The notes beneath the pieces were generated by a model. The model worked only from the letters and a program-made list of their open reading frames with translations. It made no database searches and was not told the origin of the DNA. The translations under genes and the position numbers were made by a program. A stretch of 64,000 nt of DNA from Prasinococcaceae sp. CCMP 1430. Its lineage: Eukaryota; Plantae; Prasinodermophyta. Of this stretch, positions 12,401 to 22,622 are shown in pieces (position 1 is the first letter of the stretch; each line of letters begins with the position of its first letter). The stretch is taken from contig RQSC01000029.1 of assembly GCA_013416795.1 (NCBI GenBank), positions 642,230 through 706,229 of the forward strand, written 5' to 3'.

Positions 12401-12531
12401 CGCACGCGCGCCTCGCGCGCGTCACTCCCTCTCTCTCTCTCCCTCCCTCGCGCGCGATGGGGGGGGGGGGAGGGGCTCGCGGCGTACCTGGACTTGGCCG
12501 CGGTGGGCATGGAGACGCGCATGGCGGCCAT
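9413..12531 (-). CDS. petC: Cytochrome b6f Rieske iron-sulfur protein, chloroplast precursor; exons 12531-12488, 10192-9592, 9421-9413
   Basis: Rieske boxes CTHLGC and [17 protein letters not shown]. Exon 1 [14 protein letters not shown]+AG joins exon 2 C-TTC-GCT (phase 2, giving KSSFAGK). The last exon TGG GTG TAA completes PPWWV*. Confidence 0.93.
10226..11201. other. Assembly gap (N run) inside petC intron 1
   Basis: 976 N. Confidence 1.
12227..12378 (+). pseudogene. Isolated fragment of a bacterial-type serine beta-lactamase/serine hydrolase (SxxK)
   Basis: [49 protein letters not shown] has the FEIGSxxKxF motif. It has no start, no rest of the domain, and low-complexity flanks. Confidence 0.75.
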
Positions 12532-12638
12532 GGTGGTGGCGGGCGGGGAGGGGGGGAGGTCTGCGGCGCGCGCTGTGTGGCGTCACTGGCGCGGCCTCGA
12601 GTGAGGTGCGCGGGGCGGGCGAGCGACGCCGGCGGGCG

Positions 12639-12801
12639 CGCGAAATATCGCGCGAAATCGCCGCGAAATTGCTCCCGCGAAATCGCTCCGAACGCAGCCG
12701 GGGCAAAGGCGCGGGCGCCCGCCGCGCGTCCGGAAAAGCTCGCGCGAAATCCGCGCCCAGCGGAAAATTCGCGCGCGGCCGAGGCGGCCCGGCGCGAAAC
12801 G
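12639..12801 (-). promoter_or_regulatory. Putative petC promoter with clustered CGCGAAAT motifs
   Basis: Exact CGCGAAAT at 12639, 12651, 12662, 12676 and 12743, about 110-220 bp upstream of the petC ATG. Confidence 0.5.
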
Positions 12802-13253
12802 AACTCCTGCGGAAGGGGACAAATTGAGAAGGCCGTAATGTAAAATTATGATGTACATAAATATGTCATCGAAAGCGTAAAAACGTGGCGGCGGTGGGAA
12901 GCTCCGAACCGAAATGCGTGCAGGTCCACGTCGAAGCTGGCCAGCGGAACGCGGGCATGCAGCACACGGATTGAATTGAAGGCGTGAATTGAGAGACACG
13001 TAACGTGAAAGTATACGTCAAATGTAGATTAAATTCGTGCGGAGTTAAGGGTCAGTTTAGCGGTTCCGCGGTTTCGGCGTTCCCCGAGGCGGCGGGAGCG
13101 CGCGCGGGCGCGCCCGCGCCGGCGGGGGGCGGGTGAGGCCGAGGCCTCGATCGATCGAGGTGGCGGGCCTGGCTGGGGACGAACGCCCGGGCAGGGATCA
13201 CGACGGGGCAGGCGTGATGCCGGCGGCGGGCGGGATCCCGGCCCGGCCGCCGN

Positions 13254-14223
13254 TGTAAAAATGGCCCAGCGCCGTGAGCCCGTCGGTATCTGTCGCTTCC
13301 TTGTCGGCGCCGAGGCGGATGAGCTCGGCCACCGCACGGGTATCATAGCGGCCGAATCGGTCAGTCTGCGCCATACGGTTCGCGGCCAACATGAGCGGAG
13401 TCCAGCCGTACTCGTCCGCAGCATTGACGTCGGCACCGTAATTGCAGAGCCACGAGAAGAAGGCGAACTGGTTGTGCATCGCGCACATATGTAGCGCGCA
13501 CGCGCGCTTCGGACACGCGCCTTGCACAGCCAGGAGATCCTCCGCACGATCGCGCATTTCAAGGTTACCCAAATTGGAGTAGAGCCACTCGTCGTCGTTA
13601 GCGCCAGCTGGCAGGCGGTCCATTTGTTGGAAGCAAGTCCTGAGCTCATAGGCGAGTTTCCTCTGCTGGCGTGACGGCTTTGGACCCTTGCCCTTCGCCG
13701 GCGTCTTAGCGGGCGCCCGCGCCGCCGCCAGCGGACACGCGAGCGCCTGAGCGTGCGTCATCGGCGGGCCCGCTGCGAGCATCGCCCTGGTCGCGCAGAG
13801 CAACCACCCTGGTCCCTCTCTAGCCATCACAGGCGCCGCCTCGCGGAAGCCGGTGCGCAGGAACTGCCTCGCGTCGCGCGCACGCCGCTCGTCGGCGCGT
13901 TGCTGCTCCTTAGCGCGCTCCTCCTCCTCGTCCGAGTCGGTCTCGTACTCGGGGTTCTGCGACGCCCAGAAGTGTTCGATACGCATCACATGCAATCTGT
14001 TGCGCTCAGCCTGCGTGAGCTCGGCTTCCGAGTCGCAGATATAGGCCGCCACGTCCCAGCGCCCCTTGAGGCGCGCGTGCGACAGCAGCGCGCGCACCGC
14101 CGCCGCGCCTACGTCGGTTGCGCCGCCAGCGCGCTGGGCGGCGTCCAGCTTGAGAGTGGCAATGTACAGGAGGCCGCCCTTGCCCTTCGGCACACGCGCG
14201 AGCGCGGGTGCGCGCTGCAGCAC
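13254..14223 (-). CDS. Ankyrin-repeat protein with a GNAT-like N-terminal region; both ends unresolved
   Basis: Ankyrin repeats [40 protein letters not shown] and [22 protein letters not shown]-terminal LYIATLKLD...[10 protein letters not shown]...ARQFLRTGF is acetyltransferase-like. The ORF runs into the single N at 13253. Confidence 0.7.
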
Positions 14224-14326
14224 GCATCATTATCCACTCGCAGCCAGCGCCATGCTGACGCATCGCCCGATGCGCGCCCACGCACCCTCGCGCGCGCGCG
14301 CGCGCGACGGGGCGCCCTCCGCTCAG

Positions 14327-15389
14327 GACGGCGTCACCATCCGCCGCCGCCCGCCGCACGGCTACAAGGCCTCGGGGCACAACGCCGGGGGGCTCGTCTT
14401 TCGCGTGGAGGATGAGGAGATCGAGAAGGCCAACAAGCCGCGGAACATCCTCGAGGAGATCGTGTGGCACAAGGACATCGAGATCCAGGAGATGCGCACC
14501 AAGCAGCCGCTGGTGATGCTCAAGCAGATCATCGACCGCCAGCCACCCGCGCGTGACTGGGCGGGCGCGCTGCGGGAGACGGCGGAGCGCACGGGGCGGC
14601 CTGCGCTCATCGCTGAGGTCAAGAAGGCTTCCCCGAGCCGCGGAGTGATCCAGCCGGACTTCGACCCGGTGCGCATCGCGCGTGCGTACGAGAAGGGCGG
14701 CGCAACGTGCCTGTCAGTGCTCACGGACTCCAAGTTCTTCCAGGGTGGCTTCGAAAACCTGCAGTACATCCGCGCTGCGGGCGTCACGTGCCCGCTGCTC
14801 TGCAAGGACTTCATCGTGGAGGCCTATCAGATCTTCATGGCGCGCGCCAAGGGCGCCGACGCCGTGCTGCTCATCGCGGCGGTGCTGCACGACCGGGACA
14901 TGACCTACCTGCTCAAGGTGATCAAGGGGCTGGGGATGACGGCGCTCATTGAGGTGCACACCGAGCGCGAGATGGAACGCGTGTGCGCGCTCGACGGGCT
15001 CGACCCGTCGTACTGCGTGCTGGGGATCAACAACCGCGACCTCGAGGTGCGCCGCGCCACGCGGCGGCGCCCTCCGCGAGCCGGTCGCGCTTGCGCGCTT
15101 ACGACCGCCCTCCTCGTCGCTGACGTCGCCCCCGAGCGCTCGCGCGCGCGCACTTGCTCCGCAGACCTTCGAAGTCGACCTCGGCAACACCGCGCGCCTG
15201 CTGGAGAGCGAGGTGGGCAAGCGCTCGCTGGCAGAGGGTTACGTGTGGACGGGCGAGAGCGGAATCTTCAACGCGGACGACGTCTCGCAGGTGCAGGACG
15301 CCGGCTGCAAGGCCATCCTGGTGGGCGAGAGCCTCGTGAGGGAGGACGATCCCGCCACCGCCGTCAAGACCCTCCTCGGCCTCGAGTGA
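14327..15389 (+). CDS. IGPS: Indole-3-glycerol phosphate synthase (TrpC), plastid type; exons 14327-15046 and 15165-15389; 5' end unresolved
   Basis: [67 protein letters not shown]|[10 protein letters not shown]. Confidence 0.95.
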
Positions 15390-15444
15390 GCGCGGCGGCC
15401 GCCCCGCCCTGCTCGGGCCCCCGCCCCCACGCCGGTACCCCCCC

Positions 15445-15514
15445 NNNNNNNNNNNNNNNNNNNNNNNNNNNNNNNNNNNNNNNNNNNNNNNNNNNNNNNN
15501 NNNNNNNNNNNNNN
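15445..15514. other. Assembly gap (N run)
   Basis: 70 N. Confidence 1.
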
Positions 15515-15515
15515 G

Positions 15516-16949
15516 GCGGGGGACGCGCTCGACGCCGACGGCGCGGAGCGCGCCGCGGCGCTCGACGCGGCGCTCTCGCGCGTCGTGCTGCGATGCCATG
15601 CGGCGCTTGAGGCAGAGCTCGCCCTCGCCGAGCGGCGTGGCGCCGCGGGCGCGCGACAGGCCGTCACCGCCGCCGAAGCCGTGCAGAGCGCGTTCCACCT
15701 CGCGCTGCTGGGCGCGCACCTCGAGCACGACACGCGCGGCGCGGCGTCGCTCATGCCGTACGCGGGCGACTCGCCCGAGTTTGCGCGAGTGGAGCGCGCT
15801 GTCATCGACAGCTACGACACACAGCGCGCGCTGCGCGGTGTGCCTCCCGCCGTCGCCAGCGGCATTGCCGTCGTCTACGTCGCGCGAGTGACCAACGAGG
15901 CGCTCGCCACGCAGTTCGCGTCCACGCGCGCCGCACTGGAGCTCGCAGCGGCGACGGAGACGCGCGCGGCGGCCTCGAGTGATGGCAGGGCTGAGGCGGT
16001 GACCGCCGGCGCCAATGCAGACGCCAACGATACCGACGCCGCGGCCGCGGCACGCGGGCGCGACGCAGCCACCACCAAGGGCCTCTTCTGCTGCCTGCGC
16101 ACGGAGCAGATCGAGCGCGCGCTCGTGGCTGGCGTAGGCGCCGTGAACGCCGCGAACAGCGTGACGCGCTCGCTCTTCGAGCAGTGGCCACCGCCGCCGC
16201 CCGCAGAGGGCGCGGGGTACATCCGCACGCTGCTCGCCGACTCGCAGCCGATCGAGCTCCCCCTCACCTTTTCCAAGTCCTCCGACCTGCGCGCGGCGCG
16301 CTCGCGGCTGCTCGATGCGGCAGCGCAGGGCTTGCCGCCGCCCGAGGGGGAGTATCTGCTGCTCTGCCGCGTGGTTACAGGGCGCTCGCAGCGAGTGTTG
16401 CGGAGGCAGCCGCCCGCGCAGGGCTTCGAGAGCACGCACGCGCGAGTGGGCGCCCACCCGCACGAGACGCTGCCCGAGGCGGCAGGGGATGCGGGCGCAG
16501 ACGACGTCGAGTACTACATCTCACGCTCGGCACAAGTACTACCTGAGTACCTCATTCGCCTGCAGTACGTCCAGGACGAGAGCGCGGGCGACGGCGGCGG
16601 CGACCCCGCACACCAGGTGGTACCCACGCCAAGCGGGCCGGCGCCGGCCGTGCGCGACGCGCTGCAGGCGCACCTCAACGACGCTGCGGACGTCATCGAG
16701 CAAGCGCAGCATGCGGCGGGGCTCGGACCGCGCGCGGCGGCGCGCGCGGCTATGCGTGCCGCATCCGAGCGGCGCGCGTGGCTCGAGGCGCAGGTGGACG
16801 CCGCGCAGCAGGAGCTGCAGCACGAACGCGGTCGCACGCTCGCTCTCGCGCGGCGCCTCGGCCGTCCTACGTCCGCGGGGTGCGCGGCAGAGCGCGGCGC
16901 GCGCGCGGCAGGGGGGCGCGGCACGCGCGCATGGTGGCGGAGAGGATGA
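15516..16949 (+). CDS. Coiled-coil protein with a PARP/ADP-ribosyltransferase-like domain; 5' end in gap
   Basis: VARVTNEALATQF, EYLLLCRVVTGR and VEYYISRSAQVLPEYLIRLQY match the PARP-catalytic strand pattern, but the canonical HG(T/S) motif is not seen. Confidence 0.55.
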   Translation, partial: AGDALDADGAERAAALDAALSRVVLRCHAALEAELALAERRGAAGARQAVTAAEAVQSAFHLALLGAHLEHDTRGAASLMPYAGDSPEFARVERAVIDSYDTQRALRGVPPAVASGIAVVYVARVTNEALATQFASTRAALELAAATETRAAASSDGRAEAVTAGANADANDTDAAAAARGRDAATTKGLFCCLRTEQIERALVAGVGAVNAANSVTRSLFEQWPPPPPAEGAGYIRTLLADSQPIELPLTFSKSSDLRAARSRLLDAAAQGLPPPEGEYLLLCRVVTGRSQRVLRRQPPAQGFESTHARVGAHPHETLPEAAGDAGADDVEYYISRSAQVLPEYLIRLQYVQDESAGDGGGDPAHQVVPTPSGPAPAVRDALQAHLNDAADVIEQAQHAAGLGPRAAARAAMRAASERRAWLEAQVDAAQQELQHERGRTLALARRLGRPTSAGCAAERGARAAGGRGTRAWWRRG

Positions 16950-17063
16950 TCTGTAAATCTTGGCTTGTACATGTACGCTATTAGGTCAATGTGGAGGGGG
17001 TGAAGACACGAACGCCCGCAGCTCGCGTTGGCGACGGCGGCGGTGGTGGCTGGGCCGGCAGCG

Positions 17064-18126
17064 TCACGAGGCCGTCCAAAAACCAGCAGCCACGAACACC
17101 CGCAGCTCGCCCAGGCGCGAGCGGGTGACGAGAACACCCGCGCCGAGCCCAACCACATCGAGCTCGCTCGCGTCACGCTCAAAACGCTCGAGCTCTTTCG
17201 CAGCGTCGCCCAACAGCGGCAGCCCCGCCGCAGCGGCGGGCGCGCCCTCGAGGGCGTCGAGGACGGCAGTCGCGGCATCGCGCGCAGCGCCCTCCGGAGC
17301 GGACGGGACCAGGTGGTAGCGCGCGCCTCTGAGGAGCCTCTGCGGCCCCGGGAGCTCCACTTTGCCCCTCACCCCGGTCAGGCGCACCACGGTCTCCTCG
17401 AACACGATGCGCAGCGTTGACTCGCCCTGCTCGGCGCTCAGCTTGTGGGCGAGCGTGGCGCGCACCGCCGGGTTGCGCATCTGCGGTGGCAGCTGCACGG
17501 GGAGCGCCGGCGGCGCCGGCGCGCGCAGCGTCACGAGGTTGTCGAGAAACCACTCGCCCTTTTTCGAGTCGCGGCGGATGTCCTGAAACACCGCCCCGAG
17601 ACCGGGCGGCGCGCCGCTGAAGCCCTGTGAGAGCGCCGCGGGCCGCGCGTTGCCGCTCGTCGTCACTCGGGCAAACGTCGAGCTGTACACGAGGCGCCAG
17701 CGCCCTTCGATGGCCTCGAGTAGGGTCTCGCCTGTGGGAATCTGCCCACTCGTGGCGACACATGTGCGCTCGAAAACGTCGGCTGCGGCGCTGACGCGCG
17801 CGGCCTCCGACGCGGTCGCCGCGGCGCCACGGTCCAGGCCCGCCGTCGCCGAGAGCAGCGCGGTCGCCGCCTTGCGGAGAAGCTCTTCGCCGCCGTCTGC
17901 GTCAACCTCGTCGCTCGTTTCGGTGGCCAAATCCCCGCGCGCATCGCCAGCCACCGCGGCAACGGCATCCCCGTTCACGTCGGCGCCCGCACCCGCTCCG
18001 AGCTCTGCGCCCCCCTCGCCCATCGGGCCGCCGGCGTCCGCACCGGCGCCGGCGCCGGCGCCGGAGCCGGCACCCGCGCGCGGCCGCGCCCGATCGCGGC
18101 ATGGCGCGGGAAGCCATCAGCGCCAT
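17064..18126 (-). CDS. PAP/fibrillin (plastid lipid-associated) family protein; N-terminus frame uncertain
   Basis: IEGRWRLVYSS, LGAVFQDI...LDNLV, ATLAHK, VLVTRSRLGELRVF. The transit-peptide-like MALMASRAMPR (ATG 18126) is one base out of frame with the 18023 ORF. Confidence 0.75.
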
Positions 18127-18692
18127 CGCGTCCCAGCAAAGGAGGCGCGGCCGCGGACGGACGGGGGCGGCCCGGGGCGGGGAGGGGTGGAGGGAGGGGA
18201 GCGCCCGCCGCCGCACGTGTGGCGCCACGCGCACCGCGCCGTGGCCAGGCGTCCAATTCGCGCGCGTTCCCGACGCAATACGCGGAACCATTCAATTCAC
18301 TCAGATTTACGTGTAAATCCCGCGTATGTGATTCATTTTTATTTGTTAAAAGGTTGCCAATCTGATAGAACAAATCCGTCACATAAAACGGAAGAAATTT
18401 CATGCGCACATTCCGCGCAATTGAATTGGAGGGACGGCACACGACGAGCATGCGCCAGTCGAACCCATTGGATAGAATCAACGCCTCCTGCAGCATATTT
18501 AGGGTCCTTACATAGGTCTTATTTGATGTTCCTATTATCTTTTGGTGAGTTTGGGTTAACCATAAACCCAAATACTGTGTCGCGCGGGCCCGCTCGCGAA
18601 CGAGCCGTTCCCCGAGAGCGCGGGGAGGTGGCGAGGCGGGTCACGCTGGCCCGCGCCATCTCGCGGGCTCGGCGCGCGCGCACGCCCCAGCG

Positions 18693-19574
18693 ATGGCGCC
18701 CCGCGGCCCGGGCGCCTGGGACGACGACGACGGGGCGATGGGCGCGATGGACGCCCTCGACGCGGCGCTCGAGCGGGCCGAGGTCAAGGACAGGGAGGTG
18801 CGCCTGGTCAAGCAAATGCTCGCCTCGGCCAAAGAGGAGCTCGCAGCGCGCGACGACGAGATGAGCGCACTGCGCGGCGCGCTGGATGCTGCCACGCGGC
18901 CATGGAGCGACGGCAACGCGCAGGGAGAGTGGGGGACGCCAACAGGTCCGCCGGTTGGCGACAGCGAGAGCGCAGCCTTCGCGCTGGTGGAGCGGCTAGA
19001 GCGCGAGCTCTACGAGCGCGACCTCGCTGTGGAGCGCCTCGGCCGGGCCCTGGACGAGGCACGCGCCGAGTGCGCGCGCAAGGACGAGGCCATTGCTGAC
19101 ATGGCCACGCAGTGGGACCGGTCCATCCACGAGCTCAAGGCCGCGCGAGATCAGGAGGCTTCGCAGCTGCGGAAGCGCTTGTGGACGCTCGAGCACGAGG
19201 AGCTCCCCACTGCCGCGCGGCGCATCGCGGACCTCGTTGACCAGCTGTCGCGCACGCGCGGCGAGCTCGCCAGCGAGCAGATACGCGCGGCGCGAGAGAG
19301 CGCCGAGTCAAAAGAGGCGCTCGCGCAGCGAGACGCCATCGTGGAGGAGTCCAAGCAGCGCTGCCTCGAGATTCTCGCCAACGCGGGGCTGCAGCTTGCC
19401 ACGCAGGGCCATCCGCCAGAACATCCCGCTGGCGCGCCCGCGCGGCTGCCCTTCACGTCATCCAACGCCGCGACGCCGCGCGATGCTAACGGCGGCACGT
19501 CGTCGGGCTTCCTCTCTCAGCTGCTGCCGGGCACGCCTGAGCCGCCTGAGGACGCCCCGGAGGACGCCGGATGA
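18693..19574 (+). CDS. Hypothetical coiled-coil protein (293 aa)
   Basis: Single ATG-started ORF with typical codon usage and E/R/L/A heptads. Confidence 0.7.
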   Translation: MAPRGPGAWDDDDGAMGAMDALDAALERAEVKDREVRLVKQMLASAKEELAARDDEMSALRGALDAATRPWSDGNAQGEWGTPTGPPVGDSESAAFALVERLERELYERDLAVERLGRALDEARAECARKDEAIADMATQWDRSIHELKAARDQEASQLRKRLWTLEHEELPTAARRIADLVDQLSRTRGELASEQIRAARESAESKEALAQRDAIVEESKQRCLEILANAGLQLATQGHPPEHPAGAPARLPFTSSNAATPRDANGGTSSGFLSQLLPGTPEPPEDAPEDAG

Positions 19575-19816
19575 GGCGACGACGTGTCTCTGTTGTACAC
19601 TGGTACTGTTGTAGAATACCCCTCTTACTTATTCTTGCGCGAGCGCAGCTCGTTACCCACGGGGTGTCAGTCGGGGCTGCGCCGCGAGGGCGAGGGGGCA
19701 CGCGCGCGTGGGAACGCAGGTCAAATCCGGCGGGGCAAAATGGGTTCGCTACGAATGTGCCCTCGCGGCCCGCGGCGGGCGCACGCGCACGCGCAAGCGT
19801 GAGCGCGCGCGCGCTG

Positions 19817-21177
19817 TCACCAGTGGTGCGTCCAGCTCTTCGCCGCCTCCTCGGCGCCCGCCTTGATCAGGCATTTCCTCAGGATGGTGGCCATGCGCGG
19901 GTTGGCGGCGTAGCGCGCAGCGTTCGCTGGGTTCCGCAGGACGTCGGTGACGAGCGGCGTGAGCGCTGGGTCGCGCAGCGCCGCCTGCACGTCGGCGTCG
20001 CCCCACATTGCGCTCAGGTCGACGTTCGCCAGGCCACGCATACCTTCGGCGTCCATACCCGGAAGCTTACCAGCAGCTTGGCTGCTGGCGCTGCTGTGTC
20101 CTCCACCGCCGCCCAGGCGTGCTCCCGGTGCAACCTCGTCGCCAAGTGCTCCGTCGCCGCGCGCCGCGGCATCTGCGGCCTCGATTTCATGCTCAGCATC
20201 GTAGGCAGCCTTCGCAGCAGCTCGACGCTGCGCAGCCTCGGCCCTCAGACGCTCGCTCATCCTCGCCTCGCGTCGATCAGCGCGCGCGCTGCGCCGCCGG
20301 CGCACCGCTGCACGTCGTGCATTGATGCGTTCCACGCGGGGCCCCACCACCTCTGACAATAGCCTTAGCGTCTCGTCGTCGTAGTCCATGCGAGCGGCAG
20401 ACTGAAGCTCACGATGTGCGTCCTCCCAACGCCCAAGCGCTGCCAACGCCTCGCCTGCGAACGAGGAGGGGAACGGACGCGTCAGTGAGCCACAAGACTT
20501 CCTCGCGTCCAGGCGCGCGTCATGCGCAATACATCTGCTGGCGCAGAGGCGCACCTTTGCATCGCTTTGCACGCGCATAATCTGCGTTGAGGCGCAGAGC
20601 CTCGTCGCAATCGGCGAGCGCCGCGCGCGGTCTGCCGAGCGCTAGCAGTGCCGCCGCGCGCGCCCCGTAGAGCATTGCCGAGCGTGGATTGAGCAGGACG
20701 GCATCGGTGAGCGCGTGCATCGCCTCCGCGGCGTCGCCCGAGGATAGCACCTCTGACGCAGAGCGCTTGAGGTCCGCTGCACGCTCTGCTGCAGCAGCGC
20801 TCACCTGCGCGTGAGACCACCGAGCGTGGAATGTCGGCGCACCCGTGCGTCTGCGTCAGCGCGCTCCAGCTCTGCAGGGGACGCGAGCTCGCGAGCGTCT
20901 ACACACGCACCTCCGCTGTTGGGTCCCCGCGCGGTGGGAACGGCGCGCGGTCGGCTGCTGACACGTCGACGCGCGGCAGTAGGTCACAGTCAAGCTCGGA
21001 GCCCGATGTGTCGCTCTCTGAGTCGGTGACGACAGCCGCGGGCGGAAGGGGAAGTGCCGCGCCGAGCGAGACCAGGTACTCGCGCAGAAAAGCGAGCTCG
21101 GGGCGTTGCACAGCACCCGGCTCCGCGCGCAGCATGCTCACGGCCTTGCGCAGGGCTCGCAGCTCGGTGACATCCAT
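19817..21177 (-). CDS. ST13: Hsc70-interacting protein (HIP/ST13): dimerisation domain, TPRs and STI1 domain; multi-exon
   Basis: PELAFLREYLVSLGA; TPRs (AVLLNPRSAMLYGARAAALL, ALRLNADYARA, LGRWEDAHREL...MDYDD); STI1 DVQAALRDP...NPANAARYAANP. Confidence 0.9.
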
Positions 21178-22053
21178 GCCGCCTCCGCGTTAGCTCCGAT
21201 TCGCGCCTGGGCGTTCCCGCACGCGCCTTGGACGCGCCTCGGGCTGCGAGCGAGTCCGCCTCCGCGGGCGGCCCAAGCGTCACCGCCGGTGGCTGCGCCC
21301 CCGTCCCGGCGGCGGCGGGACGCGCGAGCGCGCCCCGCGGGCGAGGCGAGGCGAGGGGTGGGGGAGGGGTGAAGGGGGAGGCCCACCCGCTTCTATGCGC
21401 TCCCCTTCGCCGCTCACTCGCCCGCGCCCGCCCACACGCGCCGCCCCGCGGATGCGCTGTGGTGCGCGCGCAGGCGCTGCTACGGAGTGGCGCGAGTCCT
21501 TTTTTTTTTTTTTTTTTTTTTGCCGGCAGAGGAATCTCGGCTGGGGTGACGTCGCAGCCCGGGCGGCGGCGCCGCACCACACCGCGCTCCGCGAGCGCGA
21601 GCGCGGAGCGCGCGCTAAGCGCGCCCCTCGGCGCGCAACCAGCGTCTGCCACGCCCCGCCGCCCCCCCTCACAGCGCAGGCGCTCCCCGCCTCGCGCCTT
21701 TTTCCTTGGAATGTTTTCTGCGCATTTTCGAGCCCCGCGCGTACAGAACCGGGTCATCATCGAAAATTCCGGGTTCATCAGACGCGATCTCGGCGTTCGA
21801 AGCGGACTTGAACCGGGTGCGTGCGTAATATCTCGGGTTCGCACTTTCGGTGAAAAAAAAATAAAAAGTGCAGGAGGTAGTGGGACGGGGGTGGCGTGTG
21901 GCGTGGGGGGAGGGGGGGGGGGCGGGGGAGGAGGGGGCGAGGGCCTCGCGCGGTCGCGCGCGGGGGAGGTGGGCGCTCGGAGGGGACGCGGCGTTGCGTT
22001 ACCGTGAGGCGCGCGAGCGGCCGCGCCTCCCCCTTCACCTCCTCGTTTCTAGT

Positions 22054-22300
22054 CCTAGCGCCCGCCTGGCGAGCCCGAGCGCGAGCGGCTGCGGCGCGCC
22101 GGCGGCGGCGAGCGGGCTGGGGTCGCGCGGCGGCGTGGCGAAGGGAGGCTTTTCCGAGCGGCGCCGCGCGCCTGTGCTCAGCAGCCGCTTCGACCGCAAC
22201 GACCTCGGCGGCGGTGGTGGCGGCAGCGGCCGCACGGCTGCGCAGAAGAAGGCTGCAGCGGTGCAGCTCGCGCGAGAGGAGAAGGAGTTGGAGAAGGTGC

Positions 22301-22334
<34 letters not shown>

Positions 22335-22524
22335 GTAGCGCGTGCTCGCATTCACGTCGGGTCTAAGACGGGGGGCGCTGCACCTGCAGAAACTGACCCG
22401 CCTCAATGCTCGCGCGCAGAGCGGTGGCACCGGCGACACCTACCGCGACAAAGTCAACAAGTTCAACGAGCACCTCGCGGGGCTGTCCGAGCACCACGAT
22501 ATCCCGCGCGTTGGTCCAGGATAA
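22054..22524 (+). CDS. FAM32A: FAM32A-like splicing factor; intron 22297-22389; start unresolved
   Basis: RTAAQKK... and C-terminal TYRDKVNKFNEHLAGLSEHHDIPRVGPG* match the family C-terminus. Confidence 0.8.
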
Positions 22525-22622
22525 GACGACATATAGGCATGCATAAGCACATTGCGCCTGACTTATGCGTAGACTATGCAAGTGCAGCGCGCACGTGGCT
22601 TCGCGTAACGTAAAGGTACATT

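Noticed and set aside
8479-15164. Introns as repeated introner elements
   Set aside because: The introns compared share only short GTGCG/GTACG donor, CTGAC branch and CAG acceptor words, with no extended mutual similarity.
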